Part shown: positions 26,795-40,834 of the stretch, piece by piece
Layout: each line of letters starts with the position of its first letter
Numbering within the stretch: position 1 is the stretch's first letter
Assembly (NCBI GenBank): GCA_951406725.2
Contig: OX597822.1
Location: forward strand, 14,322,001 to 14,386,000
Origin: Octopus vulgaris
Taxonomy: Eukaryota
Length of the DNA: 64,000 nt
Direction: 5' to 3'
Notes under the pieces: model-generated
Databases searched by the model: none
What the model saw: only the letters and a program-made list of their open reading frames with translations
What the model was told of the DNA's origin: nothing
Position numbers and translations under genes: made by a program

Positions 26795-26907
26795 TTGCAT
26801 ATATGCATATATATATCTTTGCATATATGCATATATGCATATATATATGTATGTGTATACATTTATATCAATATGTATATATACATGTACCTATATATAT
26901 ACATGTA

Positions 26908-26963
<56 letters not shown>

Positions 26964-27936
26964 CATACATACACACGTAAGCACACACGAATCGTATATA
27001 GTCACATATTAACACTATGCGTACATTCATCATGTATTTAATCTGTTGTGTTGAGCAAATATACTTATATCGCCAGATATGTTTACAGATCAATTAAAGT
27101 GTTAGGTTAAGTAATGAATAAGGCGGAAGTGAAGAGGCTTTTTGAAAGGAGCGAGTTGTGGTCGTATGGTAACAGTTAACTGGCGTGTGGAGAAGTGTTA
27201 GATTGGGGTGGTTATATTTCTGTAGGGTGACGGTTAGGGTAGTAGTCGGGTGAATTATTCTTAATGGCTGTTTAATGTTGTTTCCATTGCCAGCATTCCT
27301 CCTTTACACTCTTGCAAGCGGAGCCAGTGTGGAGGCTTCTACGCAGTCACTTGAACCGTATAAAATAACAGCCAAATCTCCCACAAATTACAATCTGCCA
27401 TGAAATAAAAACAAAAAAAAAGAAGAAAATAACCAATAGGAAAAGAATGACTCTGTGTTACATCAACTCGTTACGTTTTCAGTCCTACGGCGCGCTACTT
27501 TGGGTAGGTGTCTTCTGCTATAGTCCCGGGACAACTAATGGCCTGTGAGTGGATTTCATAGGTGGAAACTTTGTGGAAGCCCGTCGTCTCTTCCCCTTGT
27601 CTTTTATTTCATTCCATGTGTGGGTTTGTCTGCGACTTTACCTATTGACCTATTCAGTAACGAAATCCCGCCAACAGATTTGTAGAAACATTAAAGCTTC
27701 CGAGAATAAGTCGGTAAACCGGCAGAATTATTAGCATGCCGGGTTAGCAATGTTTCTCGCAAGTTTACGTTCTGAGTTCAAACTCTGCTGAGGTCGAGTT
27801 TGCCTTTCATCCCTTGGAGGTCAATAAAATAAATACCATACGAGTAATGAGGTCAGTTTAATCGATACATCCACCCATCAATCTTGCTGGCATTGTGCCA
27901 AAATTCGAAAGCATTCCTGTTATTATTATTTTTATT

Positions 27937-28310
27937 AAGGCGAACTGGCAGAAATGTTAGCACGCCGGGCAATATGCTTTGCGGTATTTTTTCTGCCGCT
28001 ACGTTCTGAGTTCAAATTCCGACTTTGCCTTTCATCCTTTCGGGGTCGATTAAATAAGTACCAGTTACGCACTGGGGTCGGTATAATCAACTAATTCCGT
28101 TTGTCTGTAATTGTTTGTCCTCTCTGTGTTTAGCCCCTTGTGAGTAGTAAAGAAATAGGTATTTCGTCCGTATTCACGTTCTAAGGTCTAATTCCACCGA
28201 GGTCGGCTTTCGTATATTTCGGCGTCGATGAAATAAGTAGCAGTCGAGTACTGGAGTTGATGTTATCGACTTACCCACTCCACCGAAATTGCTGGCCTTC
28301 AACCAAAATT
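27937..28310 (+). mobile_element. tRNA-like SINE family B, monomer plus fused partial second monomer; another copy at 27720-27905
   Basis: ctggcagaaatgttagcacgccgggc, B box gagttcaaattcc, body ctttcatcctttcggggtcgat, tail ctctgtgtttagccccttgtgagtagtaaagaaata. Confidence 0.8.
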
Positions 28311-28329
28311 ATTATCATAGAGGTCATCG

Positions 28330-28631
28330 TACAATATCTAATATTGTAATGTTGTAGATTGAAGAAATTGTATCAATCGGGGGTTTGCACTACTTGTCAA
28401 GTCACAACAAGGACCTCAGACAGACAGTAATTTATGCAGTGTGCGTGCAGTTCCTATAAAGTTTCCAGATGTTTCTTCACCTTGGCTGGCATTGAAGTCA
28501 ATGTTCCGATGACAACAGGGACAGCCTTTATGTTTAATTCTCGTAGCTGCCATATCTTAGCGATCTCAATTCTCAGGTCTGCATATTTGTCAACCTTTTC
28601 TTTCATGATAATATGTTGATCTCTTCGCACT
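28330..28631 (-). mobile_element. 3' fragment of a second RLE (R4/Dong-like) retrotransposon abutting (TAA)n
   Basis: Minus-strand peptide KEKVDKYADLRIEIAKIWQL...KAVPVVIGTL...GTARTLHKLLSV versus KYKDLLIEIEKMWHL.KAVTIPVIVGAL...GTSHVLRRALSM in 6161-8074. Confidence 0.75.
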
Positions 28632-28632
28632 A

Positions 28633-28710
<78 letters not shown>

Positions 28711-28731
28711 GTTATTATTATTATTATTATT

Positions 28732-29285
28732 GAGTGAGAGAGAGCAGTGCATGCCATCAAAGGAACACTGGTGTAAAATAAACGAGGCCCAGTATACCCA
28801 TCATGACTACCCGTCTGATAAGGGTACACTAGGTACATGCATCACAACAATATGTGCGCAACATGGTAATCTCATATCAAGATAAACAGCACATGACCTT
28901 GCAGGTTGGGCCCAGTTAGAATTTTCTTCTGGTCGAGTAACCCATTCCGCTCAAAAAGTTCCTGAATAAGGTTTAAGTATGATGAATGAAACACCCATAT
29001 TTCCAGAGGTGGATTATTCAAACCCCAAAGAATTCCTCTCAACACATGGGTATAATGCTCCCTAACTACTTCTGCTCGTGATCAGAGATGCACGTTTCGT
29101 TAGTCACTAAGAGACATGCTCAACTGGTTAGGGTCAAACAACTGACAAGCAAATCTGTGGTATTGAGCAGAATATTTGCTGTAGATCACCTTTTATACCA
29201 AGACAAAATAATGTACATGATAACACTTCCAATCAGTTAAGATCAGAAGCCATGAGAGCCACTGCCTGGTACTGCATCAGGGCAT
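28732..29285. mobile_element. About 550-bp unclassified non-coding insert bounded by (TTA)n on both sides
   Basis: Sharp complexity change at both ends within TTA tracts; no ORF or TIR recognised. Confidence 0.4.
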
Positions 29286-29482
29286 TTATTATCATTATTA
29301 TTAATATTCTTCTTCTTCTTCTTCTCCTTCTTCTTCTTCTTCTTCTTCTTCTTCTTCTTCTTCTTCTTCTTCTTCTTCTTCTTCTTCTTCTTCTTCTTCT
29401 TCTTCTTCTTCTTCTTCTTCTTCTCCTCCTCCTCCTCCTCCTCCTCCTTCTTCTTCTCCTCCTCATTCTTCTTCTTCTTCTT

Positions 29483-29542
<60 letters not shown>

Positions 29543-29623
29543 GTTATATGAGTGACTTTTGCTTTGTATTTGTACAATTTGAATCCGAGTCTCACCCAGA
29601 GGCCTGAAGAGACAACAAGTTAG

Positions 29624-29680
<57 letters not shown>
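29286..29680. repeat. Compound (TTA)n/(TTC)n/(CTC)n tract with a 75-bp insert at 29548-29624
   Basis: Direct inspection. Confidence 0.9.
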
Positions 29681-29681
<1 letters not shown>

Positions 29682-30387
29682 GGTAAGACATATTCCTAGT
29701 TGGAACGCTTGATCATATTTATGTTCAACCGGTACTTACCCGGGGTTAAACAACAACAGCAGCAGCAGCACTAACAACACTAACCATATACGATACACCC
29801 GAACCTTGTCAAAACCTGTTTACCCTAAACTACACCCTGTTTCACCACAAACACACACACACACACACATACAGACGCACTTTACCCTACATATTTCGTA
29901 TCTGCATATCTACCCTGACCCCGCACTCATACCGACCCCATACTCCTCTACACACCCGACAACTCGTCACACACCCCGTACACAACAAACGTGTATCTCT
30001 ATTAGTTGATTAACTACTTACGTCGAAGATTGGAAGAGCAAACACCTTAAATACACAGAAAGTATTGACGAAACCACTAGAACTACGTTAAAGAGGGGCG
30101 ACGTTCTTTAACCCCTACCGCCACTCTCACCATCATCGTCAGCACCACCACCACCATTACCAACCACTCACCACCACCACTGCAATTACACCACTATCAC
30201 AACTACCATCACAGCTACGACAACCTCCGCCATTAACAGTAGCAGCAACATCGCCGCCGCCACAACCACCTCCATCACCATCGCTGCCACCGGCGCCACC
30301 TCGACGATCTTCACCATCGCCATCATCATTACTTCGACATAGCTCCGTCGGTGTAATGGAGAACCTCAAACGTCGCATGTATGTATA

Positions 30388-30586
30388 GGCGCGGGAGTGG
30401 CTGTGTGGTAAGTACCTAGCTTATCAACCACATGGTCACGGGTTCAGTCGCACTGCGTGGCACCTTGGGCAAGTGTCTTCTACTATTGCCTCGAACCGAC
30501 CAAAGCCTTGTGAGTGATTTTGTTAGACTGAAACTGAAAGAAGCCCGTCGTATATAAGTATACATTTGTATATGTATGTGTGTGTG

Positions 30587-30619
<33 letters not shown>

Positions 30620-30838
30620 TTGTGCGTTTGTGTGTTCGTCTCCCCAACGTCGCTTGACAACCGATGCTGGTATGTTTACGGCCCCGTAACTTAGCGGTTC
30701 GGCAAAAGAGACCGATAGAATATGTACTAGGCTTACAAAATAATAAGCCCTGGGGTCGATTTGCTCGCCTAAAGACGATGCTCCAGCATGGCAGTAGTCA
30801 AATGACTGAAACTAGTAAAAGAGTAAAAGAGTAAAGAG
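30388..30838 (+). mobile_element. SINE family A, full-length copy
   Basis: Colinear with 14543-14982, including the internal (TG)n and the ctccagcatggc...tgactgaaactagtaaaagag tail. Confidence 0.9.
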
Positions 30839-30858
30839 CATGTATGTATGTACGTACA

Positions 30859-31110
30859 TACGAGTTGCGTTCAAAAATTACCCGACTTTCCTTTTCGCTA
30901 ATGCCCCGTGTGAAAAATCTCTTGGGTGGGAGATAACGCCACCTTTTCTGCGCATGCACGAAACCTTTCGCGCCGAAGGCCGTGTCAGTAACCGGCTGTT
31001 ACGCCTGGAGTACAGACGTGCAGTGCGCGCTCGTTGGACTATCGCTGGGAAGTGACATTGCATCAAGTTTGGTTATACTCAAGCTGAAACCATCAAGACT
31101 GCAGGCTGCA
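30859..31110 (+). mobile_element. Probable left end of another mariner-like element
   Basis: Starts ta-cgagttgcgttcaaaaattac, similar to the 10273 TIR; later tgcatcaagttt...gctgaaacc resembles a transposase N-terminus. No right end found. Confidence 0.4.
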
Positions 31111-31390
31111 AAGGTGCTACGAATGTGAGACTAGGAGTTTCAACAAAATTTGAGTTAAAAAGTATAATAATTAGATAGGGTGTGAGCCCGGATTCTGCAT
31201 GAGAAATAATGCATCATTCCCTATTACTAAAATGACAACAATGTGCGAGTGACACATTAGTTGGGGTTTCTGAGTCAGTTCCCTTTTTACATTGATATTT
31301 CTGTGATACACGATCCCTATAGATCGACTTTTTTTTTCCACAATCCCTTTTGATCGAAATTCGACTCACTTTTTTTTCTCTTTTTCTTCA

Positions 31391-32070
31391 CGTGTGGGAC
31401 GAGTCGGTTTATCAGCTGAGTCTATCGTTAATATCATCACGCCTCCTTCCTTCAAACGGGAAGGAAGAGCTATTTTTATCATACTTGTGGCTATGGCGAA
31501 AGAATGTACCTGGTGGACGCGCCTGAAAGGATTAGAGAGAAACACTTTCCTCTCTGGTCAATCTCTCATCAACTTCTTCAAGTATCACTTGAAGAGGCAA
31601 GTGAGAGTAGTGAGGCAAGTTTTGTCTAGTGAATGTTTTAAAAATAGATGGGTGAATGTTGCAAGGATTGCACGTATGAATGACGAAGCCACCTTGGGTA
31701 TGATTGTATGAACGGTAAAAAATTAATACAGAGAGTTACTCATTTATAAAAAAACAATGTTACATGTGACTTCATTGACCGAGGTTGCCGTGGTCTTTTC
31801 CGTAGGCTTTTCTTTCCACGGGTAAACCTCACCTGTCTTCCCCATTACGCTTTATATTGAGATTTCTGTGATAACGATCCCTATTGATCGATTTTATCTT
31901 TTTCCTTTTACTTTTATTTTTTCCCCCTTTTTTCTATTGCTTTCCTCTTTCTTTCCTTTTACGATCCCTTTTGATCGAAAACCAAACCCCCCTTCTTTAT
32001 CCCCAAAAGGAAAAGCTCTACCTTGTAATTTGTACCATCTGTGTGCAGCCCTGTGTGGCTAATAAAGAAA
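31391..32070 (+). mobile_element. Tx1/L1-like LINE 3' end fragment
   Basis: Peptide PSFKREGRAIFIILVAMAKEC shared with 34747-35133; 3' UTR ends cagccctgtgtggctaataaagaaac before (TA)n; a duplicate UTR piece sits at 31285-31370. Confidence 0.8.
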
Positions 32071-32089
32071 CGTATATATATATATATAG

Positions 32090-32285
32090 TAAATCCAAAA
32101 AAGGGCAAACAAAAACAAAACAAAGCGAGTGCGCGGTACATGCAATGTATTTGCAGACGCTCAGGGAAGGAAAGAAATAGGGTTTAACGTTTCGAGCAGA
32201 CACTCTTCTTCGGAAAGAGAGGAAAGACCAATAGAAGGGAAGGCGGTGGAAGAAAATCGTCAACGATTCGCATGTGGTTACCAGA
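32090..32285 (-). mobile_element. Short element of the 17465/25930 family with decayed hammerhead
   Basis: Minus strand ctttccgaagaagagtgtctgctcgaaacgttaaaccc...ttccctgagcgtc. Confidence 0.5.
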
Positions 32286-32562
32286 TATACATAAATGCAT
32301 ACACACATGCACACACATACATAAATTCATGCACACCTATACACACATAAATGCCAACACACATATATATGACTTTTAAGAAACAAAGAGTGACAGATAG
32401 TTGGAGTTATCTGATGAAGGTAAAAACCGAAACTCCGAAGTGACTTTTAACTTTTTCCTTGTAGAAGATAAAATATGATAATCTACCAAAAGATATTGAG
32501 TGATTCTATAGTTTGTTTGACAGATTTTATGTGTAGCTCTGCGTCGGTACACAAGAATAAAC

Positions 32563-32595
<33 letters not shown>

Positions 32596-33042
32596 TCGCA
32601 TATACATACATCGCGCGCACGCACACGCACACACACACTGACTCGCATATACATACATCGAGCACACAGACAAACAGATGCACATACACACATCCACTGT
32701 CATATATACACATATACATACACCACGCGCACGCATACGAGCGCACACACACACTCGCATATACATATACATCCCTCACACACGAACACACAAAACTCGC
32801 ATATATATACATCGCGCACACATAAACACAGATACACACACTCTCATATACATACATCACGCGCACAGACCCACAGATACACATACACACACACACTGTC
32901 ATATACACATATATGGAAACATCGCGCACATATACACGCACACACACACACTCGCATATATATACATCACGCACACAGACACACGGATACACATACTAGC
33001 ACACAAACGCATACACACACACTGTCACATATATACACATCG

Positions 33043-33088
<46 letters not shown>

Positions 33089-33589
33089 TACACACATACA
33101 CACACACACACACACATTTGCACCAATAGTTTATCCATGCATAGCAATGCATCGACACTTGATTTGTGTCTGCCTGTAATTTCCAATTTTATTGCCACCC
33201 TGGGTGGTTTACTCACACACTAACCGAGATTACAACGCTACCCGCCTCGAACGGAACGTCGCTCCGCTACAGGCCTCAAGGCCTGCCATTTGGGAGGGGA
33301 GAGGACAAACGGATTTCGTCACTGGTATTATTTTACTTTATCAACCCCGAAAGAACAACAGGTAAAGGTAATCTTGACAGGATTTAAGATCGGAACGTAA
33401 AGACCCAGAAAATATACCGCTAAGCATTTTGTCCGACGCACTAAGGATTCCGCCAGCTCACCACTTTCGATGTGTGTAATAAGGAATGCAAACTAATCTT
33501 CTATGAAAGATGATTCTGTGATTCTTTGTTCAAGACTTACCATTTTGGTTCAGTTGTTCTCTGCTCCGTCGGGGTATTTTGCTTTTCTT

Positions 33590-33872
33590 TTCTTTTATTT
33601 GTTTCGGTTACTGGCGGACGGCCATGCTGGAACACCACATTAGAAATGGTTAGTCGAACAAATCGATACCAATACTTAGGTTTTAAAAACTCAGGAACGT
33701 AAATAAACCAACGCCGTTTTTCAAGCGATGGTAGGACAAACACAAAGACGCACGCACGCGCATGTATCTGTATATACGACGGGGTTCCAACAGTTTCCAT
33801 TTGCCAAATTTATTCACAAGGCTTTAGTCGGTTCAGGGCTATAGCAGAAGACACTTACCCAAAGTGCCGCGT
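33590..33872 (-). mobile_element. SINE family A copy (degenerate)
   Basis: cggccatgctgg...tagtcgaacaaatcga...cacaaggcttt...gaagacactt. Confidence 0.7.
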
Positions 33873-33900
33873 AATACATATACTGTGTGTAAATATATAT

Positions 33901-34252
33901 CGTGGCACTCCGTCGGTTACGACGACGAAGGTTCCAGTTGATCCGACCAACGGAACAGCCTGCTCGTGAAATTAACGTGCAAATGGCTCAGCACTCCACA
34001 GCCACGTGTAACCGTAACGCAGTTCTCGGTGAGATTCAGCGTGACACAATTGGCCCTTTGAAACAGTAAGAAAGAGTGAGAGAAAGTTGTGGTGAAAGAG
34101 TACAGCAGGTTTCGCCACCACCCCCTGCCGGAGGTTCGTGGAGCCTTAGGTGTTTTCGCTTAACAAATACTCACAACGCCCGGTCTGCTAACCGAAACCG
34201 CGATCCTACGACCGCGAGTCCACTGCTTTAACTACTGGACCATTGTGCCTCC
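33901..34252 (-). mobile_element. tRNA-derived SINE family D (head shared with family C, different 3' half)
   Basis: Minus strand ggaggcacaatggtccagtagttaaagcagtggactcgcggtcg...ctccggcag...cacaactttctctcactctttc matches family C, then diverges to ...gcacgttaatttcacgagcaggctg...ccgacggagtgccacg. Confidence 0.75.
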
Positions 34253-34267
34253 ACACACACACACACA

Positions 34268-35573
34268 CACACACGCACACACACACCAAACTAGAACGCA
34301 TTCTCTTACGCTTCTTATGGAAAGGATGCGTCTCGATGGTCAGGCGATCCGTTTGCTGCCAACACCCGTTAAAAGGAGGACTGGGCACGCCGTGGTTGAT
34401 GATGCGCAGACCCGCGCTGAGACTGCGACATCTCTGGCTCTACGTAGACAACGGTGAAAAGGTGTGGTCACCGTTTGTGAGGCACGCTTTCCTGCAGCTC
34501 GTCTCCATGACCGAACTGCAGTCGTGGATCAAAAAGAGGCCGAGGAAGGGCGAATGGCACCGCGAGTGTCACGTTGCTCTCAAGCAACTATGCCGTCCCG
34601 GGTCGATTTTGAGCGACTTCAACACAACGAAAGCATTCTGTAGGGGATTAGTGGAGGGGAGGTACGACGACGATTTCGGAACAAACCTGGGCGTCGACTA
34701 GGAATAACTGACCTGACTGTTCAAGACGACTTTCGGGCCGGGACCTATGGACAACTTCCAGAGATCTCTGGCCTGGCAGTGCTACCGAGAAGCGCTACCC
34801 GATCGGGATAAGCTCTACAGAAACAAGGGGCCCACCTCCTCGAGATGCGGTCAGAGCAACGAAACCTTTCTGCATGCACTCGTGCAGTGTCCAGCCATTT
34901 CCGATCTCTGGGCCTACGTGGAACGACTGCTATCGCGTGTGGGACGAGTCAGTTTATCAACCGAATCTATCGTGGATATTGTCGCGCTTCCTTCCTTCAA
35001 ACGGGAAGGAAGAGCCATTTTCATCATTCTTGTGGCTATGGCGAAAGAATGTGTATGGTGGACGCGTCTGAAAGGTCTAGAGACACTTTCATCTCTGGTC
35101 AATCTTTCATCAACTTCTTCAAGTATCACTTGAAAACGAAAGTGAGAGTAGAGAAGCAAGTTTTGTCTAGCGAATGTTTCAAAAAAAAGATGGGTGAATG
35201 TAGCAAGGATGGCACGTATGAATGACAAAGCCAGCTGGAGCATAATCCTATGAACCAAATAAAAAAGAAAAGAAAAAAGATAGTCACTTGCTGTAACGCT
35301 TTTTTCTTTTTTTTTTTTTTTGCATGACATTACTGCCCGAGGTTACCGTGGTCTTTTCCGTAGGCTTTTCTTTGTATGGATAAACCTAATCTGTTTCCCC
35401 TTTTTACACTATGACATTTGTGATTCACGATCCCTATTGATCGGCCTTTTTTTTTAACGATCCCTTTTCATCGAATTTCTACCCCCGCCTTTTTTCCTTC
35501 TTCTATTCCCAAAAAGAAAAGCTCTATTTTGTATTTTGTCCCCTCTGTGTTCAGCCCTGTGTTGCCAATAAAC
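34268..35573 (+). mobile_element. Tx1/L1-like LINE, 3' 1.3 kb (post-RT region, zinc-finger remnant, 3' UTR)
   Basis: RFLWKG...HPLKGGLG.P, SRCGQSNETFLHALVQCP..W; ends tttgtcccctctgtgttcagccctgtgttgccaataaac. Confidence 0.85.
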
Positions 35574-36619
35574 TTCTATTTCTACATGTTTTAATTTATT
35601 TCATTTCTCTTAGAAACTAAAAAGTGCTCAGCCTTTGTACACACACACGCGCGCGCACACCCACAGACGTACACACTTTGTGTATGGTCACATCTATATG
35701 TATAGGTGTGTGTGTGTCTGTGTATATGTGTGTACACGCATATATTAGTAAACCGAAAGATCACTGGTCTACAGCTGTTACCAGTTTCCAACCATCAGCG
35801 TCGTCGTCGTCGTCGTCATCATCATCATCATAATCATCATCAACTCTATCAACATTATTTATCATCTCTTATCATTTATCATGTTTTCAGCAGTTTTTAT
35901 GCAAGTCTCCCCTGCACCACCGTCGTCGCCACAACCATCACCATTACTAGTTGTATCTATGTGTTACTACTGTTATCATCATCATCATCATCATCATCAT
36001 CAACATCGTGATCGTCATCATCATCATCATCATTGTTGTGGTTGTTGTACTGGGTCCTTGTTCTAGATGGAGTAGACGAGATCTTTGTCACTATGCAGTG
36101 CCGTTCATTTCGGGGTTTGGTATAGCTTTCAGTTCCTAAATTGGTATAACATTCACTTTCATGGCCTACACTGGATCTTCTTTCAATTTCAAGATCGATG
36201 TCCTTGAATGTTTCGATCCCCACTTTCGTGCGATTTTATATTCTGAAGGAATCAATTGTGATTTTAGTTACATTCTTTGATAACTACATCTAAATATTTT
36301 CTCATGATCTCTTTGTCAGCCTGGACAAGTATGCTCCATATTTCGCGCATGATTCCGGTTTGTAGAACTTGTCCTGATGAATTTCCCAGTTGATGTAGCT
36401 GCGCTTTGATTGTTTCTGGGAAAATACTCGAAGTTGGTAAGAAATAAGCAACCGGAAATGATGTGGTCAGGCGTTGCGTAAAATAAGTGCCAAACGCAGT
36501 ACATGACAACAGGGACACAACTTGTCCAGTCGCACACGCACACACACGCTCACATACACATGCTCACACACACATGCTCACACACACATGCTCACACACA
36601 CAATGGTTTCAATTTTTAG

Positions 36620-37062
36620 CACAAAGCCAGCGAGTTTGGTGGGTGATAAGTCGATTATATCGATCACCAGTGCTCAGCTGGTGCTTATTTCATCAACCCG
36701 TAAAAAGATGAAAGGTAAAGTCCACCCCGGTGGTATTTGAACTCAGAAGGTAAAGTTGGCAAATTTACAGCTAAACACATTGTCCGGCGTGGTAACAATT
36801 CTGCCAGCTCGCTACCTTTTTTCTTTTTCTTTTTCTATGTTGCCCACACGGGGCTAAACATAGAGGGGACAAACAAAGACAAACAAAGGGATTAAGTCGA
36901 TTACACCGATCCCAGTGCGTAACTGGTACTTAATTTATCGACACCGAAAGGATGAAAGGCAAAGTCGACCTTGGTGGAATTTGAACTCAGAACGTAACGG
37001 CAGACGAAATACCGCTAAGCATTTCGCCCAGCGTGCTAACGTTTCTGCCAGCTCGCTACCTA
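36620..37062 (-). mobile_element. Two adjacent SINE family B copies
   Basis: gatgaaaggcaaagtcgacc, tttgaactcagaacgtaa, gctaacgtttctgccagctcgc; tail ggggctaaacatagaggggacaaacaa. Confidence 0.8.
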
Positions 37063-37720
37063 TCGAGGCAAAAATATTGAAATTCAGCCATCAAAGAATT
37101 TAACGAAAATTGATTCCTTCCATGCAAAACATTACCCGAGACGAAATACAGAAAAATTCATCCATTGTAGTGGTAAGAATTACAATGTCTACATTAATGT
37201 TAGCTGCATTTTTTTCATTATTTTAGTTTTGTAATTATTATTGATAATTATCTTAGGCGGCTAATGCCGGGTTTTTTATATTCTGCTTTTAGTCCACGGA
37301 TAATGAACGAATGCGGGTTTCAGTTGGGACTAAAAACTTTCTGCCGAGTCAGGTAGAATATTGGTAGAAGAATACTATCTCTCTCTCTCTCATCTGTCTC
37401 TCTCTCTCTCTAATTCTTCAATATAATTTGGAAACCTGGTTTGTTTTTGAATTCTGTCTTCTCAATCATTTCTCTTCTTTTGTCTGTCCAAATCTTTCTC
37501 AAATGAATTGTTAGTTTCTATTAAAAATTATTTCTTTTTACACCGATCAGAAAAACGCATACATACATACATACATACATACATGCATACATACATACAT
37601 ACATACATACATACATACATACATACATACACACATTGATACAGCCTCTACATATTCGTTTCTGCGCATGTGTGCGCGTTTGTATTTGCGTGTTACAGTT
37701 CATAGCTCTTCAGAGTTTTA

Positions 37721-37777
37721 GCCGAATTGATCAGTTTGGCCATGTCGAAGAGAACTGGCCGGACTGGTCAATTCGAC
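37721..37777 (+). ncRNA. Pre-miRNA-like hairpin (candidate)
   Basis: 22-nt arms gccgaattgatcagtttggcca / tggccggactggtcaattcgac with 3 G:U pairs and 1 mismatch; 13-nt loop starting UGU. Confidence 0.4.
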
Positions 37778-38012
37778 TTTATCTCCTCTTTATCGTCGTT
37801 AGAATATAATTGATCAAGTTTACTCAAAATATGAATTGTATTGTGGGTATTGAGTGCTTGAACGCACACACGCACACAACCACAAACACAACCACAAACA
37901 CAAACACGCTCGCACACATGTAAAGTATAAGGTCACGGAGTAAGTGAGGTAAATATAAATCTATTTCAACACATATGTGTGTGCATATATACATATATAC
38001 ACATTACATACA

Positions 38013-38087
<75 letters not shown>

Positions 38088-38195
38088 ATATATATATATA
38101 TACATACATGCATACATACATATATATATTTATATGTATACATATATATAAACACATACAAAAACATATATCTGTGCATATATATATATATATAC

Positions 38196-38274
<79 letters not shown>

Positions 38275-38590
38275 ATGTATCTTATATTCATACGTACACA
38301 CATTTGCCTGCGTGTTTGTGTGTATATGTGCGCATGCGTGTATGAATAATCATAAAAAGTGTGTATGTGTGTCTATGAAAAAGTGTGCTTATCCCCAGCT
38401 GTTGCATTCTAATTTATACATACATGTGTAGATAATAGATTACGACTAATGTCTAGTAAAGAATTGATGATGCCTGAGCCGAAGAGGAAGTGAGAGGCAA
38501 CAAACAGAAATATGATTGTCTCTGTTTTACATTTAGACATAGAGACACGTTGACATTATATACACAGACACGTGTATATAAATATCTATA

Positions 38591-38771
38591 GGTGAAGTTG
38601 TGGGTGTGTGGTAAGAAGCTTGCTTTCCAACCACCTGGTTCCGGGTTCAGTACCACTACGTGGCACGTTCGGCAGGTATCTTTTACGATAGCCTCAGACC
38701 GACCAAAGCCTTGTGAGTGGATTTGGTAGACGGAAACTGAAAGAAGCCCGTCGTATATATATATAATATAT

Positions 38772-38841
<70 letters not shown>

Positions 38842-39055
38842 ATACATATATATCTGTGTGTGTGTTTGTGTCTATGTTTGCCCTCTTCCCATTTGACAAG
38901 CGGTGGCAGTGTGTTTACGTTTCCGTGAACTAGCGGTTCGGCAAAAGAACCGATAGATAAGTTCCAGGCTTGAACAAGAATGGAGCCGATTCGTTCGACT
39001 AAAATTCTTGAAGGTGGTGCACCAGCTTGGCCGCAGTTTAATGCCTGAAATTAAT
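38591..39055 (+). mobile_element. SINE family A copy
   Basis: Colinear with 14543-14982; internal (TA)n. Confidence 0.85.
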
Positions 39056-40121
39056 GAGGGATAAAATATAGTCGTGGTTGTACTATCTTCGATGTAGTCT
39101 GAGCTTTGAGATCTTTATGGAATCATCGCGACGAAAGCTTTGAAAGGAATCACTCATTGTTGAATATCTCATCCACATATTTTCTTTTTGAGAAAATTGA
39201 ATATCATTGCAATTAATTGCACTTGACATGTCTTAAGAACATCTTTAAGAAGTTTACAGTAACAAAAATGTAAATTTGTAAACGCAAAGTAGTTATAATC
39301 CAAATAAAACATCGATTCGTTATTTAAGAACGGAACCCGTAGAAATTGCTCGTTTTATAAATGTTCTCACTTCTATCGTCGTGTCTGAATTTATAGATTT
39401 TCATTATAATGTTGTATAACGTTGTTGTATTCTTCATTTTTGATTATATCTTCAATTTTGTTCCATAGAGTAACCTTCCAACTCATTCTATTTGATTATA
39501 TCTCAGATTTCCTTCCATAGTTGAGCATGTGTTGTGTTTTGCTATGAATCATCTTTATAGTCAAGATTTCGTTCCGTGGTAAAGATTATTCGAAGTGTGA
39601 TACTCGACCACATATCATGAGACGCTGAGTAATATTGAAGTTGTAAACACGTGATATTGTAAAGTAAACAGCACGTAAATTAAATTTAATCTGTCATTCG
39701 ATTTTAAAGTTAAATATAATAAAAGGAAGACAACAGCTAATCAAAATTCAAATTTATATCGTGAAATAAAAGACACCAAAATTCCGTTTGAATTCCAGGG
39801 TTCCATTAATGAAGGTATTTAGTGATAATTCTTGTTATTGGACCAATTAAAAGTCAAACCCCGTCGTGCGTGCGTGTGTACGTGTGTGTGAGTGTGTATG
39901 TGTGTGTGTGAGTGTGTATTGTGTGTCTGTGTGTATGTGTATGCATGCATGCATATATATTTATATATATACATATATATAGATATACACATATATACAT
40001 ATATATAAATACATATATATATATATATACCTACATATATATATATATACATATATATATACATACATACATATATACATATATATACATATATATATAT
40101 ACATACATACATACATACATT

Positions 40122-40660
<539 letters not shown>

Positions 40661-40834
40661 AGAATATATATCGTATGTATGCGTGTCTTTGCATTTCTTC
40701 CATGCGCCGCTTGACAACCGGTATTTGTTTGTTGGCGTCTCGGCGAAACAAGTAGATTAAGTACCAGACATAGATCAGGTACTGGGGTCGATGTTTTTCA
40801 ACGAAATCAGCAATATTATGTTTGTTTTTGAAGG

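Noticed and set aside
32402-32448. CUGAUGA-a-ggu-aaaa-acc-GAAA-cuccgaag as an active hammerhead
   Set aside because: Core and stem II are good, but the cleavage triplet would be GUG and stem I does not pair; listed only as degenerate.
35957-36545. Minus-strand ORFs (88 and 93 aa) in non-repetitive sequence
   Set aside because: No recognisable domain, consistent frame or splice signals; cannot be supported without a database search.
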